Below, in pieces: positions 36,545-49,064 of a DNA stretch of 64,000 nucleotides. The notes under the pieces were generated by a model, which was given only the letters and a program-made list of their open reading frames with translations, was not told the DNA's origin and searched no databases. The DNA is from Squalus acanthias (Eukaryota): the NCBI GenBank assembly GCA_030390025.1, contig CM059432.1:31312001-31376000 (forward strand), given 5' to 3'. The number at the start of each line of letters is the position of its first letter. Position 1 is the first letter of the stretch. The position numbers and the translations under genes were made by a program.

Positions 36545-36875
36545 AGCTCTACACATCAGCTCCCAATAGTTGATGGTACAAGGACTAGGGGACACAGATT
36601 TAAGGTTTTGGGCAAGAGTTACAGGGGGGATGTGAGGAAAAACCTTTTTACGCAGCGATTGGTGAGGACCAGAAACTCGCTGCCGACGGAAGTGGTGGAA
36701 GCGGACACACTCAATGTTTTCAAGGGGAGACTGAATAGGCACTTGAGGGAAATAAACTTGCAGGGCTACGGGGCTAGAGCGTGGGAATGGGACTGACTGG
36801 ATTGCTCTACAGAGAGCCGGCACAGACTCGATTGGCCGAATGACCTCCTTCTGTGCCGTTATGACTCTATAACTA
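36545..36875 (+). mobile_element. CR1 3' fragment
   Basis: TRGHRFKVLGK..FTQRLV..NSLP; (TATGACTC) tail; sister copy at 38855-39119. Confidence 0.85.
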
Positions 36876-37268
36876 TGACATTGTTATAACAATATCAATG
36901 TCCCATGCATGTAAATGATTTGCAACCAGGTTAAGTGGGCTTTCTTTCATCAGTTACCTCATCCCAGAAGCCACTGATTGGGACACTCTGCTGGAGATTA
37001 GATTGTACTATCTATCTTATTGCTCCCACTGAAACAATCCATTTACTTTGGCATAAAGCAGGTATGTCCTGCCTGTGGCTTCCAAGCCTGGCTATCTGTT
37101 CCTCAAAGCCCATAAAACTCAGTTCCATTTTGACTTATATTTCTTAGTTGCTGGTTTGTCCTGATTGAATTTTTTATGGCTTGGGCATTTGGAAAGAAAG
37201 AAGCAAAGAATAAATATTTATATAGCATCTTTCATGTCCTCAGGACACTTTACAGCCAATGATGTACT

Positions 37269-38593
37269 TGTAGGGGGTGGTGTTTTTGTGTCAGCTTTAC
37301 CTCTGACTTCTGAGCGGTTCGAATCGCTCCCACTCCCTAGGTTCTAGACCTTGGACTTATTTGGGGGTTGTGATACAAAGGTGCAGCAGACAACTGAGTT
37401 TGATGAAAGAACTTTGATCTTTATTCAAGAAAGTAAAACACAACACAAACACTCTTAACGCTCTAAAAGTGGGGAACACTTCGGTACAAGCGAGGGAAAT
37501 AACATTAGGAGAATACTTCACCCCTCCCAATCCCACTTCACTAGTTAGGTTGGACTCCAGAGAACATGGGATAATGCTCACCAAACGAATCCTTGATAGT
37601 TGAGAGTTAGGGTTTACAGTCTTTTGAGTAAAAGTTTCGTAAGGCTCTTGTTGCCGCGAGGTGTCTGATGGTCACTGAGGCGGTCGCTCTGGTCTCTTCT
37701 TGCGTGTCGGCCTACTTCTGGAGCTGTTGGCCTTCTTTGTTGAACTTCTTTCTGTTGAACTCTGCCTCTGTTTAAAACTGTCTTCTTCCGAGCTGTGGAA
37801 CTGCCTTCTTGCAGAACTGTAACTGTTGTACTGGAGAACTCATTTCTTACTGAACTGTCTTTTTTAACTGCCCAACTTGCTTCTCCTGAACTCTGTAATT
37901 CCAGCACTGACTTCTGCTGAAAACAGGCTTTCAAATTGAACTCGAAACTGCAGAACTACCTTCTGTTGAACTTGAACTGTTGTTACTGCTTGATGGGCCT
38001 TCAATTATACTAAATTGAAGTGGCCTTATCTACCCCAAATCAAATCCCGGTCATTGTAAGATCTCGTTAACAGTAACGACTTTACTAGCGTGTTAACTGG
38101 TTTTGTAAATGTGTGAAGTGGTTTCAGGATAGCTCCATCCTGTCGATCTGTTGTTTAATCGGAGTCTGAATTGTCCTCATGTTTTGGGTTTCTTGACTGG
38201 GTCTTGGACTTCTATAGAATATTCGCTTTATGCATGTCTTTAATGGGTCCTGTAATCGGTTTGATGGGACCTGTTGTTTTGGGTGGGACTGTCTTCTCCT
38301 AGGGTCTATTGTCAAAATGTTAATGCTTGCTGGGGCTTGAGTGAGGTCATCCCGGTTCCCCAGACACTGCAATTAACTGCAATACCCAAAACTGCTTTTT
38401 ACAGAGGTCGATCCCAACTTCCTTCACAGCCTTTTCTCCTTTACAGGCCCAGACATGTTTTTAAAATGCCAAAACTTGGTTTTTGGTCTTAAATTCCTTA
38501 TGTTAGGCCCAAATGCATTTTTATCACTCTGAGGTAGTTCCAAAGTCCTTTTTCCTTAGGTTTTGGGGATCTGTAAATTTTGGAAACCTTACA
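37269..38593 (-). mobile_element. Solo LTR (1325 bp), retroviral or Gypsy type
   Basis: TACT|TGTAGG..CCTTACA|TACT gives a 4-bp TSD and TG..CA inverted ends. The minus strand has TATAAT near 38005 and AATAAA near 37420. Confidence 0.8.
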
Positions 38594-39119
38594 TACTTTA
38601 GAAGTGTAGTCACTTTTGTAATGTAGGAAAAGCGGCAGACAATTAGCGTACAGCAAGGTCCCACAAACACCAATGTGATAATGACCAGATAATCTGTTTT
38701 AGTGATGACGGATGAGGGATAAATATTGGCCAGGCACCAGGAAAACTCCTTTTCTCCTCTTCGAATAGTGCCATGTGGGATCTTTTACGTCCACCTGAGA
38801 AGGCAGACGGGGCCTCGGTTTAACGTCTCATCTCAAAGGCAGCACCTCCAAAACTGTCGGGCAAGAGATACAGGGGGGATGTGAGTAAAAGCTTTTTTAC
38901 GCAGCGAGTGGTGAGGACCTGGAACTCGCTGCCGACGGAAGTGGTGGAAGCGGAGACACTCAATGTTTTCAAGGGGAGACTGGATAGGCACTTGAGGGAA
39001 ATAAACTTGCAGGGCTACAGGGATAGAGCGGGGGAATGGGACTGACTGGATTGCTCTACAGCGAGCCGGCATGGACTCGATGGGCCGAATGGCCTCCTTC
39101 TGTGCTGTTATGACTCTAT

Positions 39120-39943
39120 GGGCAGAATTTTCATTGACCCGTGGAGGCGGGTTTGGAGGCGTGTGGGGTGGGAAAATAGCAGATTCGGGGGTCCCAAACC
39201 CATCCTGCCCCCAACCCGCCTCCATGCCAGTTTCCCAGGAGGCGGGTACCCGACCTGTGCTGGGACCCGCCTCCCCGAGGCGGGAAGGGGATTAGTGCCA
39301 ATAAACTGCCTGTTAACAGGTAGTTTTTTGCCTAATCCCTATTTTTAGCCCTGAAGTGTGGGCTTCCCGACAGGTCCGAACCACGCCGATTTAGCGAGGC
39401 GGACCGTCGGTCTGGAGGGCTTGGAGGGGTCGAGATGTCCGGTGTGCAGGTGAGTGATGGGTGTATGAGTGCAGAGGTAAGTGTGTTTGGTATGTGTAAG
39501 GTGTTTTAAGAACTTGTACTTTCCTTAACTTTGTCCTGCAGGCTAAGGTGTCGGGAGTCCCTCACATCCACGGCACAGAAAGCAGAATGGCCGCGGAGCT
39601 GTCAAAAGCTGCAGTCTCTGCTTTCTGTGCTGGATTGATTTCTAACTGAGTCCAAGTACAGGGACTCACATTAGAAATCATATTGTCAGTGTTTGACAGC
39701 TTCACAGAGCTGTCAAACGCTGAAATTTCATCTGTCAAAAGCTCTTGACAGATGAAATTTCAATGGCTGACGTCACCTGTATCCAAGGAACCCTTGATTG
39801 GCCTGCTAAGCCAGCTGGGCGACCTTAACAAGGTCAATCAAGTGAAAATGCAGTGGGTTGGCCACAAGTCGATGGAGGCAGGACTACAACCCAAAAAGTG
39901 GGAGTCCCGCCTCCATCACGTCCCCATTGACAAAATCCAGCCC
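39120..39943. mobile_element. Harbinger-type MITE, family A, TAT TSD
   Basis: TAT|GGGCAGAATTTT..AAAATCCAGCCC|TAT; homologous to 18365-19143. Confidence 0.9.
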
Positions 39944-39954
39944 TATGATTTTAT

Positions 39955-40766
39955 GGGGGAATTTTCCCAGCCCTGGGGAGGCGGGTATGGAGGCGGGACT
40001 GCCAGGAAAATGGCAGAAACTGGGAGCGGGTGCCGACCCCGCTCCTAACCCACCTCAGTGCCATCTTCCCGGGAGGCGGGTCCCCGAGTCGCGCAGGGAC
40101 CCGTCTCCTCGAGACAGGAAGGGGATTAGAGCCAATTAACTGCCTGGTAACAGGTAGTTAACAGGCAGTTTTGAGGCTTTTCCCCATTTTACACCTGCAA
40201 TTGCGGGCTTCCCGATGGCTGCAAACCTCGCCAGGGTCAGCAAGGTTAGCAATTAGTCTGCAGGGGTGAAAGGGGTCGAAATGTCAGCTGTAGAGGTGAG
40301 TGATGGGTGCAAGTGTGGACAGGTAAGTATGAGAGGTGAGTGTAAAATGTTGGAAAAAGTTTCCTTACCTTTGCTTCTTTCTGCAGGCTTCAACCTTTGA
40401 GGATCCGGAGGTGCCTCATCTCATTGGCAAAGATGACAGAATGGCTGCTGCATTCTCAGATGCAGCAGCCATCTGCTTTCTGCTGAGGAGAGAGGTCTTG
40501 GTGAGCTTGTGTGCAAGGGCTCACCTTAGAACAGAGATTGTCAGTGTTTGACAGCTTCTCAAAGCTGTCAAACGCTGACAATTCATCTGTCAAAAATTTT
40601 TCGACAGATGAAGCTGACGTCATCTGTCTTCGGCTTTCCCTTAATTGGCCGGAAGGCCAATCAAGGTAAAATAGTGTGGGTTGGTCAGACGTTGCTGGGG
40701 GCGGGACTGAAACCTGGAAACCAGAAGTCCCGCCTCCAGCACGTCTCCATTGAGAAAATCCAGCCC
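39955..40766. mobile_element. Harbinger-type MITE, family A, TAT TSD
   Basis: TAT|GGGGGAATTTT..AAAATCCAGCCC|TAT; homologous to 9727-10484. Confidence 0.9.
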
Positions 40767-40904
40767 TATGACTTCCTCAGTACTGCACTGGAGTGTTAGC
40801 CTAGATTTCATGCTCAAATCTCTGGATGGGACTTGAACCACATTCTTAGGATATCCCAACGTTCATCACAATCGATAAATTACTTTTGAAGTGCAGTTAC
40901 TGTT

Positions 40905-41510
40905 GGTGCAGGATAGGATATGGGCAGCAGAATTTTGGATGAGCTGCAGTACACAGAGGGTAGAGAATGGGAGGCCAGCCAGGAGAGCATTGGATTAGTT
41001 TCATCTGGAGTTGACTATGGCATAGATGAGAGTTTCAGCAGCAGATGGTAGGGGTGGAGGTGGGCGATGTTATGGAGGTGGAAGTAGGTAGCCTTTGTGA
41101 CAGAGATATGGCCTTAGACCAAATAGGACACCGAGGTTGCGAGCAGTCTGGTTCAGCTTGAGAGTGGCCAGGGAAGGGGATAGAATTAGTGGCAAGGGTA
41201 CAGAGTTTATGGCAGAGGCCAATAATGATGGCTTTGGACTTCCCAGTGTTTAGATGGAGGAAATTGCAGCTCATTGAACACTGGATATCGGTACGTAGTC
41301 TGACAACAAAAAGACAGTGGAGAAGTCAAGAGAGGAGGTGCAGAGGGAGAGCTGGGTGTCATCAGAATACATGTGGCTGATGTCACCAAGGTGCAGCATG
41401 TAGATGAAGAAGAGGAGGGAGTCAAGGATAGATTCTTGGCAGACTCCTGAGGTAATGGTGCAGTGGCGGGAAGAGAAGCCATTACTGGAGATGTTCTGGC
41501 TGTGATCAAA
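40905..41510 (-). mobile_element. Old L2 fragment
   Basis: Similar to 1935-2220; minus-strand NFLHLNTGKSKAIII is the L2 RT thumb region. Confidence 0.7.
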
Positions 41511-42089
41511 TCCTTTAAAGTTTTAGTAAAATTTAGTGTGTGCGCATGTGTAAAACATGATCGATTGAATATTTCCCTTCCAAAGGTTATACGATTGATG
41601 TAGGATGGATTGTTCATAAAACTTGCCACAAAAAATTAACTTCAAAGAGGATCTGAGAAAAATCCCATGGGATAAGCAGCAGAGGTTTTATTTGCTTTGG
41701 GCTCGTGGCTTTAATAAGGTGCTTACTTGGGAAAACAAAACATTTATAAGAAGAGCACCTGGAAATCAAAGTAATGCTTGTCAAATAGGCTTTCCCATCT
41801 TTCAATATATCAACTTTCTAAATTTAGAAAAAATATAGGTGCTTTTTTTCACCTTTTCTATTTTGCTTCTCATGCAGCAAATCATTGACATTTATGTAAT
41901 CTGTTTTCAAAGTAGAAGGCCAAGCAATGAAGGTTGTGAGCTCCCCTATAGTTTCCAGTATTGAATGGACAAACAAACCCTCAATTTTCATTTAAAAGAA
42001 ACAGCACAGCATGGAGAGTATGACGTGCAATGGGTTTACATTCTGTCCTTTCATCTCTAGATAGGGCTTGACTCCAACCCACTTTAATC

Positions 42090-42315
42090 ATAGAGTGGTA
42101 AGAATGTGGAACTCGCTACCACATGGAGTGGTTGAGGTGAATGGCATAGATGGGAAGCTAGATACGTACATGAGGGAGAAAGAAATAGAAGGATATGTAG
42201 ATCGGGTAAGATGAAGTAAGGTTGGAGGAGGCTCGTGTGGAGCATAAACACCAGCGTAGACCTGTTGGGCCAAATGGCCTGTTTCTGTGCTGTAAAATTC
42301 TATGTAATTCTATGT
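42090..42315 (+). mobile_element. CR1 3' tail
   Basis: gagtggtaagaatgtggaactcgctacc..gggccaaatggcctgtttctgtgctgta plus (ATTCTATGT) repeats. Confidence 0.8.
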
Positions 42316-42379
42316 AAGTATGGTAAGTGTAGCATGTTTGGGAGGAACAAGTGACCTTGGTTAATCTGCAATACTACTT

Positions 42380-42975
42380 TAACAACAACAACAATGACTT
42401 GCATTTATATAGCACCTTTAATGTAATAAAACGTCCGAAGGTACTTCACAGGAGTATTATCGAACAAAATTTGACACAAGTCACATAAAGAGATATTAGG
42501 ACAGGTGACCTAAAGCTTGGTCACATAGATAGGTTTTAAGGAGAGTCTTAAAGGAGAGAGAGAGAGGTAGAGAGGCAGAGAATTTCAGAACTTAGGGCCT
42601 AGGCAGCTGAAGGCACAGCCACCAATGGTGGGGCGATAGAAATTGGGGATGCGCCAGAATTGGAGGAGCACAGAGAACTTGGAGGGTTGTAGGGCTGGAG
42701 GAGGTTACAGAGAAAGGAAGGGGCGAGGCCATGGAGGGATTTGAACACAAGGATGATCATTTTAAATTCGAGGCATTGCTGGACTGGGAGCTAATGTAGT
42801 GAGCACAGGGATGATAGGTGAATGGGGCGGCATGAGTTAGGATACAGACAGCAGAGTTTTGAATGAGCTAAAGTTTATAAAGAGTGGAAGCTTGGAGACC
42901 AGCCAAGAGAGCATTGGAATAGTTGAGTTTGAAAGTAACAAAGGCATAGATGAGGGTTCAGCAGTTAAACTGAGG
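42380..42975 (-). mobile_element. L2 3' fragment
   Basis: Collinear with 1455-2080, with an (AAC)n tail. Confidence 0.85.
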
Positions 42976-43179
42976 CAGTTAAACTGTGGGAGTAGGACAA
43001 GTGGACATAAGTTGTAAAAGGTATCTTTAGGACTGATATTAGCAGGTTCGTCTTCACATAGATAGTGAACAACAGTTGTAATGGACATCGGGCAGAATGG
43101 TGGAGGTGAAAACTTGGAATCATTTTAAGGAACGGCTAGATGCAACAATGGGGGAACTGTAGCGCCTTCCTAGATTTTT

Positions 43180-43620
43180 TTTTAAATTATTCATTCTCTG
43201 GATGTGTACATCACTGGCAAGGTCGGCATTTATTGCCCATCCCTAGTTGCCCTGAGAAGTGGTGGGCCTTCTTTGTGAACCGCTGCAGTCCATGTGGTGA
43301 AGGTGCTCCCACAATACTATGAGGTAGGGAGTTGCAGGAGTTTAGCTTAGTGACGATGAAGGATATGTCCAAGTCAGAATGGTATGTGACTTGGAGGAGA
43401 ACCTGGAGGTGATGGTGTTTCCATATACCTACTGCCCTTGTACTTCAAGGAGGTGCTGGCAAAGAAGTCTTAGCGAGTTGCTGCAGTGCATCCGTTAGAT
43501 AGTACACGTTGCAGCCGTGGTACTCTAGTGGATGAGGTGCCAAAGCGAACTGCTTTGTCCTAGATGGTGTTCAGCTTCTTAGGTGTTGTTGCAGATGCAC
43601 ACATCCAGGTCAAGTAGAGA
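43180..43620 (-). mobile_element. Second LINE family 3' fragment
   Basis: Similar to 12200-12490 and 52195-52565. Confidence 0.75.
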
Positions 43621-44364
43621 TTGACGGTCGAAGTAAGATGGGTTGAATGGGCTTCCTCATCCGTAGATACTGTTTGATCTTGTTTACTTAAAACAAAGAG
43701 GCTGTACATATTGAAAATGCCTGAAAGCAGCAGCATGTCCTTGATTTAATAAACAAAAGCACCCACTTCAAAATGCAGTGACTGAAATGCTCCGCATCTT
43801 TTATTAAAAATAAAAATTCATGGCAAGTGCAGAGACGCAGCAGCACTCATCAATAATTGACATGGCAGAATCATGTAATTCCACTCAGCTATCACCTACT
43901 GTACAAGCACATGTGGTTATATATCGAGATTGTAGTTAATCATCTAGTCAAGCCGCTAATTCATTAAAAGTCCAAGCATTGGAAATGATGCAAAAATAAT
44001 AAATATCCATAAGATGTAATACATGGGATGTTACAGCTCAGCAAAGACTACATAAATAGAAACAACATATTATCTATTATTAGGTCATTCTTTAGATTCT
44101 TCTGTCAAGACAATTCTGTGTGTTGCACATACCACTGTTTGAAGCAATAAATATTCTCCTGCTAAATTAATCCCATTCCCTTCACGGGTGAGTAGTGTGT
44201 TACACTCAGCCGGTAAGTGTTTTTTCTACACTATAAAAGCAAAAAAATGTGATGGAAATTGCACAGTCGGTCAGTCAGCACCTGAAAGAGAAAGGGCAGG
44301 TTAGCATTTCAGGAGAGGAAGGGAGAAGTGTCCTTAACCAGAACCGCATGAGAGTAAAGGAAAG

Positions 44365-44800
44365 GAGAGAACTGCAATTTATATAGTAGCTTCCACAAGT
44401 TTGGGACATCTCAAATTGCTTCGCAGCACAGCAATTATTTTTTGAACTATAGTCACTGTTGTTATGTAAGTAAGTTCAGCAGCCAATCTTTGCACAGCAA
44501 GATCCCACAAACAGCACATGATCAGTTAACCTGCCTTGTTGGTGGTTCTGATTGAGAGAGGAATGTTGTCCAGGACACAAGGAATGCTCCCTGTACTCGT
44601 TCAAAATGTACAATGCAATCTTTAACATCCAGGCAGACAATAGCCTCGGTTTAATGTAATACATGGGAGGAAACTTGCCTTACCCGGTCTGGCCTCTAAC
44701 AGTGCAGCACTCCACCGCTGCTGCACTGATGTGTCAACCTAGGTTATGGAGTCAAGTCCAAATGAGAGCACAAACTCACAGCCTTTGGATTCAGCAGTAA
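44365..44800 (-). mobile_element. Old Deu-domain SINE
   Basis: Degenerate reverse complement of the 16338-16790 SINE. Confidence 0.65.
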
Positions 44801-45504
44801 GAGTCCTATTTTAATCGGGCTGTGCCGATATTAACAAAATCACTGAGACAAGTAGCAATGGCGTGTGAGACGCTTATTTGAACTGCAAACCCGAGTTCAC
44901 GCTTTTCAGGTTGAAGGATCATTAAACAGCTTCCTATTTCAGACGCTGTATATTTTTAGTGTGGTGTGGTCTTATTTCAGATTTCTAAGATTCTTGCTTT
45001 ATCCTTTTATATCCTTTTTCTCTTGGTTAACTGAGATTGTGTTTAAGTTTGCTGCCGCCAGTGTGGTTTAATTTATTTTACTGTTGCAATAGTCTTTCCA
45101 CTTTTACCATAAGCAGACTTCATGTTCCCTGTGACCTGGAAATTGCAGCCCTGTGGTTGTTTTTGCCCCTTGCAGAGCCCTTGTGCACTTCAGGACTCAT
45201 ACAGTCCTAGATCACTAGTGTCAATGCACTTTATTTTTCTACAATGCACTCTAGAAGATGCCATCACCAACACACCACACTCGAGCTGGGCTCAGATTCT
45301 GAATTCACTGGCGAGATTTATTTACAGAAACTAAACTAGTAGGACACTTACAGAGTATCACAGTCTCATGTACATAGAGAACAGAAGGTGGCCAGGTCTT
45401 TTAAATCAACAGTTAATCCAGAGGGTCTCTTTACAACAGTCTGGAACATGCTCCAGCACACACAATCAACTCTGTTTCACTCAGGGCCACCCTGTGGTTT
45501 CCAT

Positions 45505-45895
45505 GCAAGGCCGGCATTTATTGACCATTCCTAGTTGCTCTGAGAAAGCGGGCCTTCTTTTTAAACCACTAGTAGCAGTTTGATACAACAACTATAGTTT
45601 ACTTGGCCACTTCAGAGAGCAGTTAAGAGTTGACCACATTAGTGTGTGACAGGAGACACATGTAGGCCAGACCGGGTAAGGCAGGTTTCCTTCCCTAAAG
45701 GACATTGGTGAGCCAGTTGTTTTTTTTATGACAATCCAACAACTTCATGATCACTTTTACTAGTACCAGCTTTTTAGCTCCAGAAATTTTAAAACTGAAA
45801 ATGCCAGGGTTGGATTGGAACTCATGTTCTCTGGATTATTACTCCAAGCCTCTGGATTTCTAGTCTAGTTACATAATTACTAAGCAACTGTACCA
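45505..45895 (-). mobile_element. tRNA-derived SINE sharing its tail with the second LINE family
   Basis: Reverse complement resembles 47500-47935 (agggaagg, gactcttaac, aataaatgccggcc). Confidence 0.6.
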
Positions 45896-46259
45896 CTGCA
45901 TCCACCACCACCCACCCCCCCCCCCCCCCGAAAAAAAGTGTTTAAGTCTCTCTATCTGTCTCACACAATTAAATATTCCTTTTGCCTTTGAAATACCTGA
46001 ATCCCAGGTAGACATAAAACTTGCATATTGATGTTGCAGACTTGATCACATAGTTGTTCTGATAGCCCCATTTTGAGTTTGAATGATCCACAGAGTCATT
46101 TGCATCTTCCAACAAGTCAATAAGGTTTTGGAAGCAGAAAACAAAGGCTACCCTCTGAAGCCATACACACCAGAGCTGGTTAGCCATTTTAGACCTTCTC
46201 TCGCCTTGACTTTACATTTAAATGTGGAAAGTTTATATTTATGCACAAAGCCAATTTGT

Positions 46260-46640
46260 GGTGTCAGCCGTGGCTCAGAGGTATTACTCTCGCCTCTGAG
46301 TCAGAAGCCTGTGGGTTTCAGTCCCACTCGAGAGACTTCAGCACATAATATATGCTGTAGCGCAGTACTGAGGAAGTGCTGCACTGTCGGAGGTGCCATC
46401 TTTCAGATGAGATGTTAAACCTAGGCTCCGTCTGCCCTCTCAGGTGGACGTAAAAGATCCCATGGCATGAGAAGAGCAGGGTAGTTCTCCTCGGTGTCCT
46501 GGTCAATATTTATCCCTCAACCAAAGATTATCCATTTATTTCCTTCATTGCTGTTTGTGGGACCTTGCTGGCGCACATTGGCTATATTACAACTGTGACT
46601 ACATTTCAAAATTACCTCACTTTGGGGCGTTCTTTCTTTT
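46260..46640 (+). mobile_element. Deu-domain tRNA-SINE
   Basis: gtgtcagccgtggctcag head and ggtggacgtaaaagatcccatggca core. Confidence 0.85.
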
Positions 46641-47499
46641 CTGTCCACCTATAGTCACAATACCAGGAAGTTTTCCATAGTAATTTTAAGGTCCTTTGAT
46701 ATTTTAGCCCCTTCCTTTCCATGTTCTCCCTGCACCTGGCAGTGTTCCCAGACATCTGCCGACATCACTTTGAACTGCGTGAAAGAAGCCCGAGACAATT
46801 TAGTCTCTTTCCTCTTCAGGGGTGGTGCCAGTTGTTCAGTTTAAATGGGTTAGCACCGTAGTGGAGCTATTGAACAGGATAATTTCATAGCAACTGTTAC
46901 CACTACCACACGATGCAAGTTCAAGCCAAAGGACTGCACGCTCTAAATATAAGAATCACCGTCTCCATTCTTTGCCCTATTGCCCCTAGCTGCCCATTAA
47001 ATCAGTGATAAATAAATTAATTGTTGCCAACATTTGGTGTTTGTGGTAATGATGTATTGATTTTGTGCTATAGTTTTATGCGATAGAAGTGCAAGAGAAA
47101 TTGATAACTACCTCCCTAGTTTCCTCATGAATAACGCACATTAAATCAATGAAAAATCAATAAATTACCAACAGAAGCAATGCTGCAAATATTTGTTACT
47201 CTCAGATTTAAACCTCATTAGATTTCATTTTTATGGATGATTGAATCATGCCTGAATTACTGTCTTCATCAGAGAGGGTGAACATTGGGGAAAAAAATAT
47301 AAACTATTATAATTGAGAGCTTTTACAGCTAAGCAAAACTGACTTTATCATCACTCCTTCAACAATGGAGCTTAAACTCAGCTTTAGTACCAAAAACATC
47401 CATTGGGTTGGTCAGAACGATATTTCTCATGCAAGGAGTTATTGGGATATGAAGTAGTTTACACAAGTGACTACTGAGTCTTCCATGTCAAGCAGAGGG

Positions 47500-47935
47500 T
47501 ATGGTAGTTTAGTAATTATCTTTCTAGACTAATAATTCAGAGATTGTGATACTGTGGTAGTCTTGAATTTTTTTAAATTCAGCTTTAAAAAAATCTAAAA
47601 ATAAAAAGCTGTATCAATAAAAGTGACCATGAAAATGTCAGATTGTCATTAAAAACCTAACTGGTTCACTAATATCCTACAGGGAAGGAAATCTACCATC
47701 CTTACATAGTCTGACCTATATGACTCCAGTCGCACACCAATGTGGTTGACTCTTAACCGCCCTCTGAAGTGACCTAACAAGCCATTCAAATGTTTCAAAT
47801 TGCTACAAAGAATAACAAGACCCCACGGACTGCAGTGGTGGCTCACCACCACCTTCTCATGTCAGCTAATGATGGGGAATAAATGCCGGCCTCGCCAGCA
47901 ATGCCGATATCCACAAAATTAATTTTTGAAAATGA
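47500..47935 (+). mobile_element. tRNA-derived SINE with second-LINE tail
   Basis: ctggttcactaat..agggaaggaaatct..gctcaccaccaccttctc..aataaatgccggcc. Confidence 0.65.
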
Positions 47936-49064
47936 ATGTGGCATTAAATAAGCACTTGACGGAAAACATCGAGAGAAAGAGTAGGTAAATGGAATCAGAA
48001 TAGACAGCCCTGATGTGAAACCAACACTGGTACAATGGAATGAATAGTGTCCTCCTATATGATTCCATGATGTACACTTTGCGTATGAAGCCAACCATAT
48101 TTTCACAACATATTTCCATTGGAACTATGGCTCTCCATTAATGCCTTCCCTGAACAGTGTTGTTACAATTCGATAGATTGTGAAACAAAACCAACAAAAT
48201 CTATTTGGAGGACAGTGATCTATTAACGATACTGTAACTCAGAGGGATACCTTGACATCTGGGAGAGTTAGAGCCATAGAATAATACAGCACAGAAGGGG
48301 GCCATTCGGCCCATCGTGCCTGTGCCAGCTCATTGAAAGAGCGATCCAATTAGTCCCACTCCACCGCCATCGCTCTTTCCCCATAGTTTGTTGCAGGTGC
48401 TTTCAATGTTGTTTCAAATAGAAATGCCACTCTTTAAATATTCAAGCAGAATGTCTGCCTTTCACACATCCCTTGCTAAAAATAGTTAAACAGGAAAACA
48501 AAAGGGCACTTACCTCAAACCCTTAGCATAATAGAATTCAAAGAATGGCTTATGTTATTGTATAATGGAAGGGACAATTATTGGAGATAGCTGTGAATAT
48601 TCTGTGTAGGTATCACATCCCATTATACACACAAAAGCAGCAATGACTCACGAGGTCTTGAAATTAAAATAATGATTTTAATAGATTGCGTGTTTTGAGC
48701 TATTATAATTTTCCATGAAATGTCTGCTAAAATACTATCCCACATTAATTATTTTTGTTATTAATTCTCACTGCTTTCAGAGAGCTGCAATATGCTGGTA
48801 TTAAAAGAACTTTGGAAATGTAGTCAGTGTCAGATAGCAGGGTCCATACCATTTGGCAATGAAACTGACTATGATGAGTGGTGAGTCCAGTTCTGGTCAC
48901 CGAGACACAACAGAGGCATTCAAGCCCTGGAGGTGGTGCATAGAACAGAAACAAGGCATATCCCTGGTATCAGAGATTGCATTATAAAGGAATAAAGGAA
49001 AAGCTCAGGTTATTAAAAGAGGCTGGCCTCTGACAGGTATATAAGAGAGTAAATAGTATAAAAG

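Larger units (their letters stand above)
37195..40845 (-). mobile_element. Deu-domain SINE fragmented by a solo LTR, a CR1 tail and two MITEs
   Basis: SINE pieces at 37195-37268, 38594-38852 and about 40772-40845 are collinear with the reverse complement of the intact copies. Confidence 0.75.
672..48880 (+). pseudogene. Possible decayed multi-exon gene. Candidate exons: 672-781, 970-1056, 8096-8230, 20561-20686, 22556-22680, 34240-~34355, ~36264-36391, 36954-37061, 48781-48880
   Basis: Pyrimidine-tract AG acceptors and GT donors in non-repeat DNA, with mostly phase-1 junctions. Single in-frame stops occur in four segments. Product not recognised; could be pseudo-exons. Confidence 0.25.

Noticed and set aside
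45995..46140. Minus-strand exon candidate ending CAG|gtattt
   Set aside because: No AG follows the pyrimidine tract, there are no partner exons and the product is unrecognisable.
672..48880. Resemblance of the joined exon-like peptide to ACE (MxKExxxxFxxLGL, W..EK..G) or to GREB1
   Set aside because: Two unrelated families fit about equally by eye, no HEXXH motif was found and junctions do not match ACE exon boundaries as I recall them. Likely over-fitting, so no gene symbol is given.
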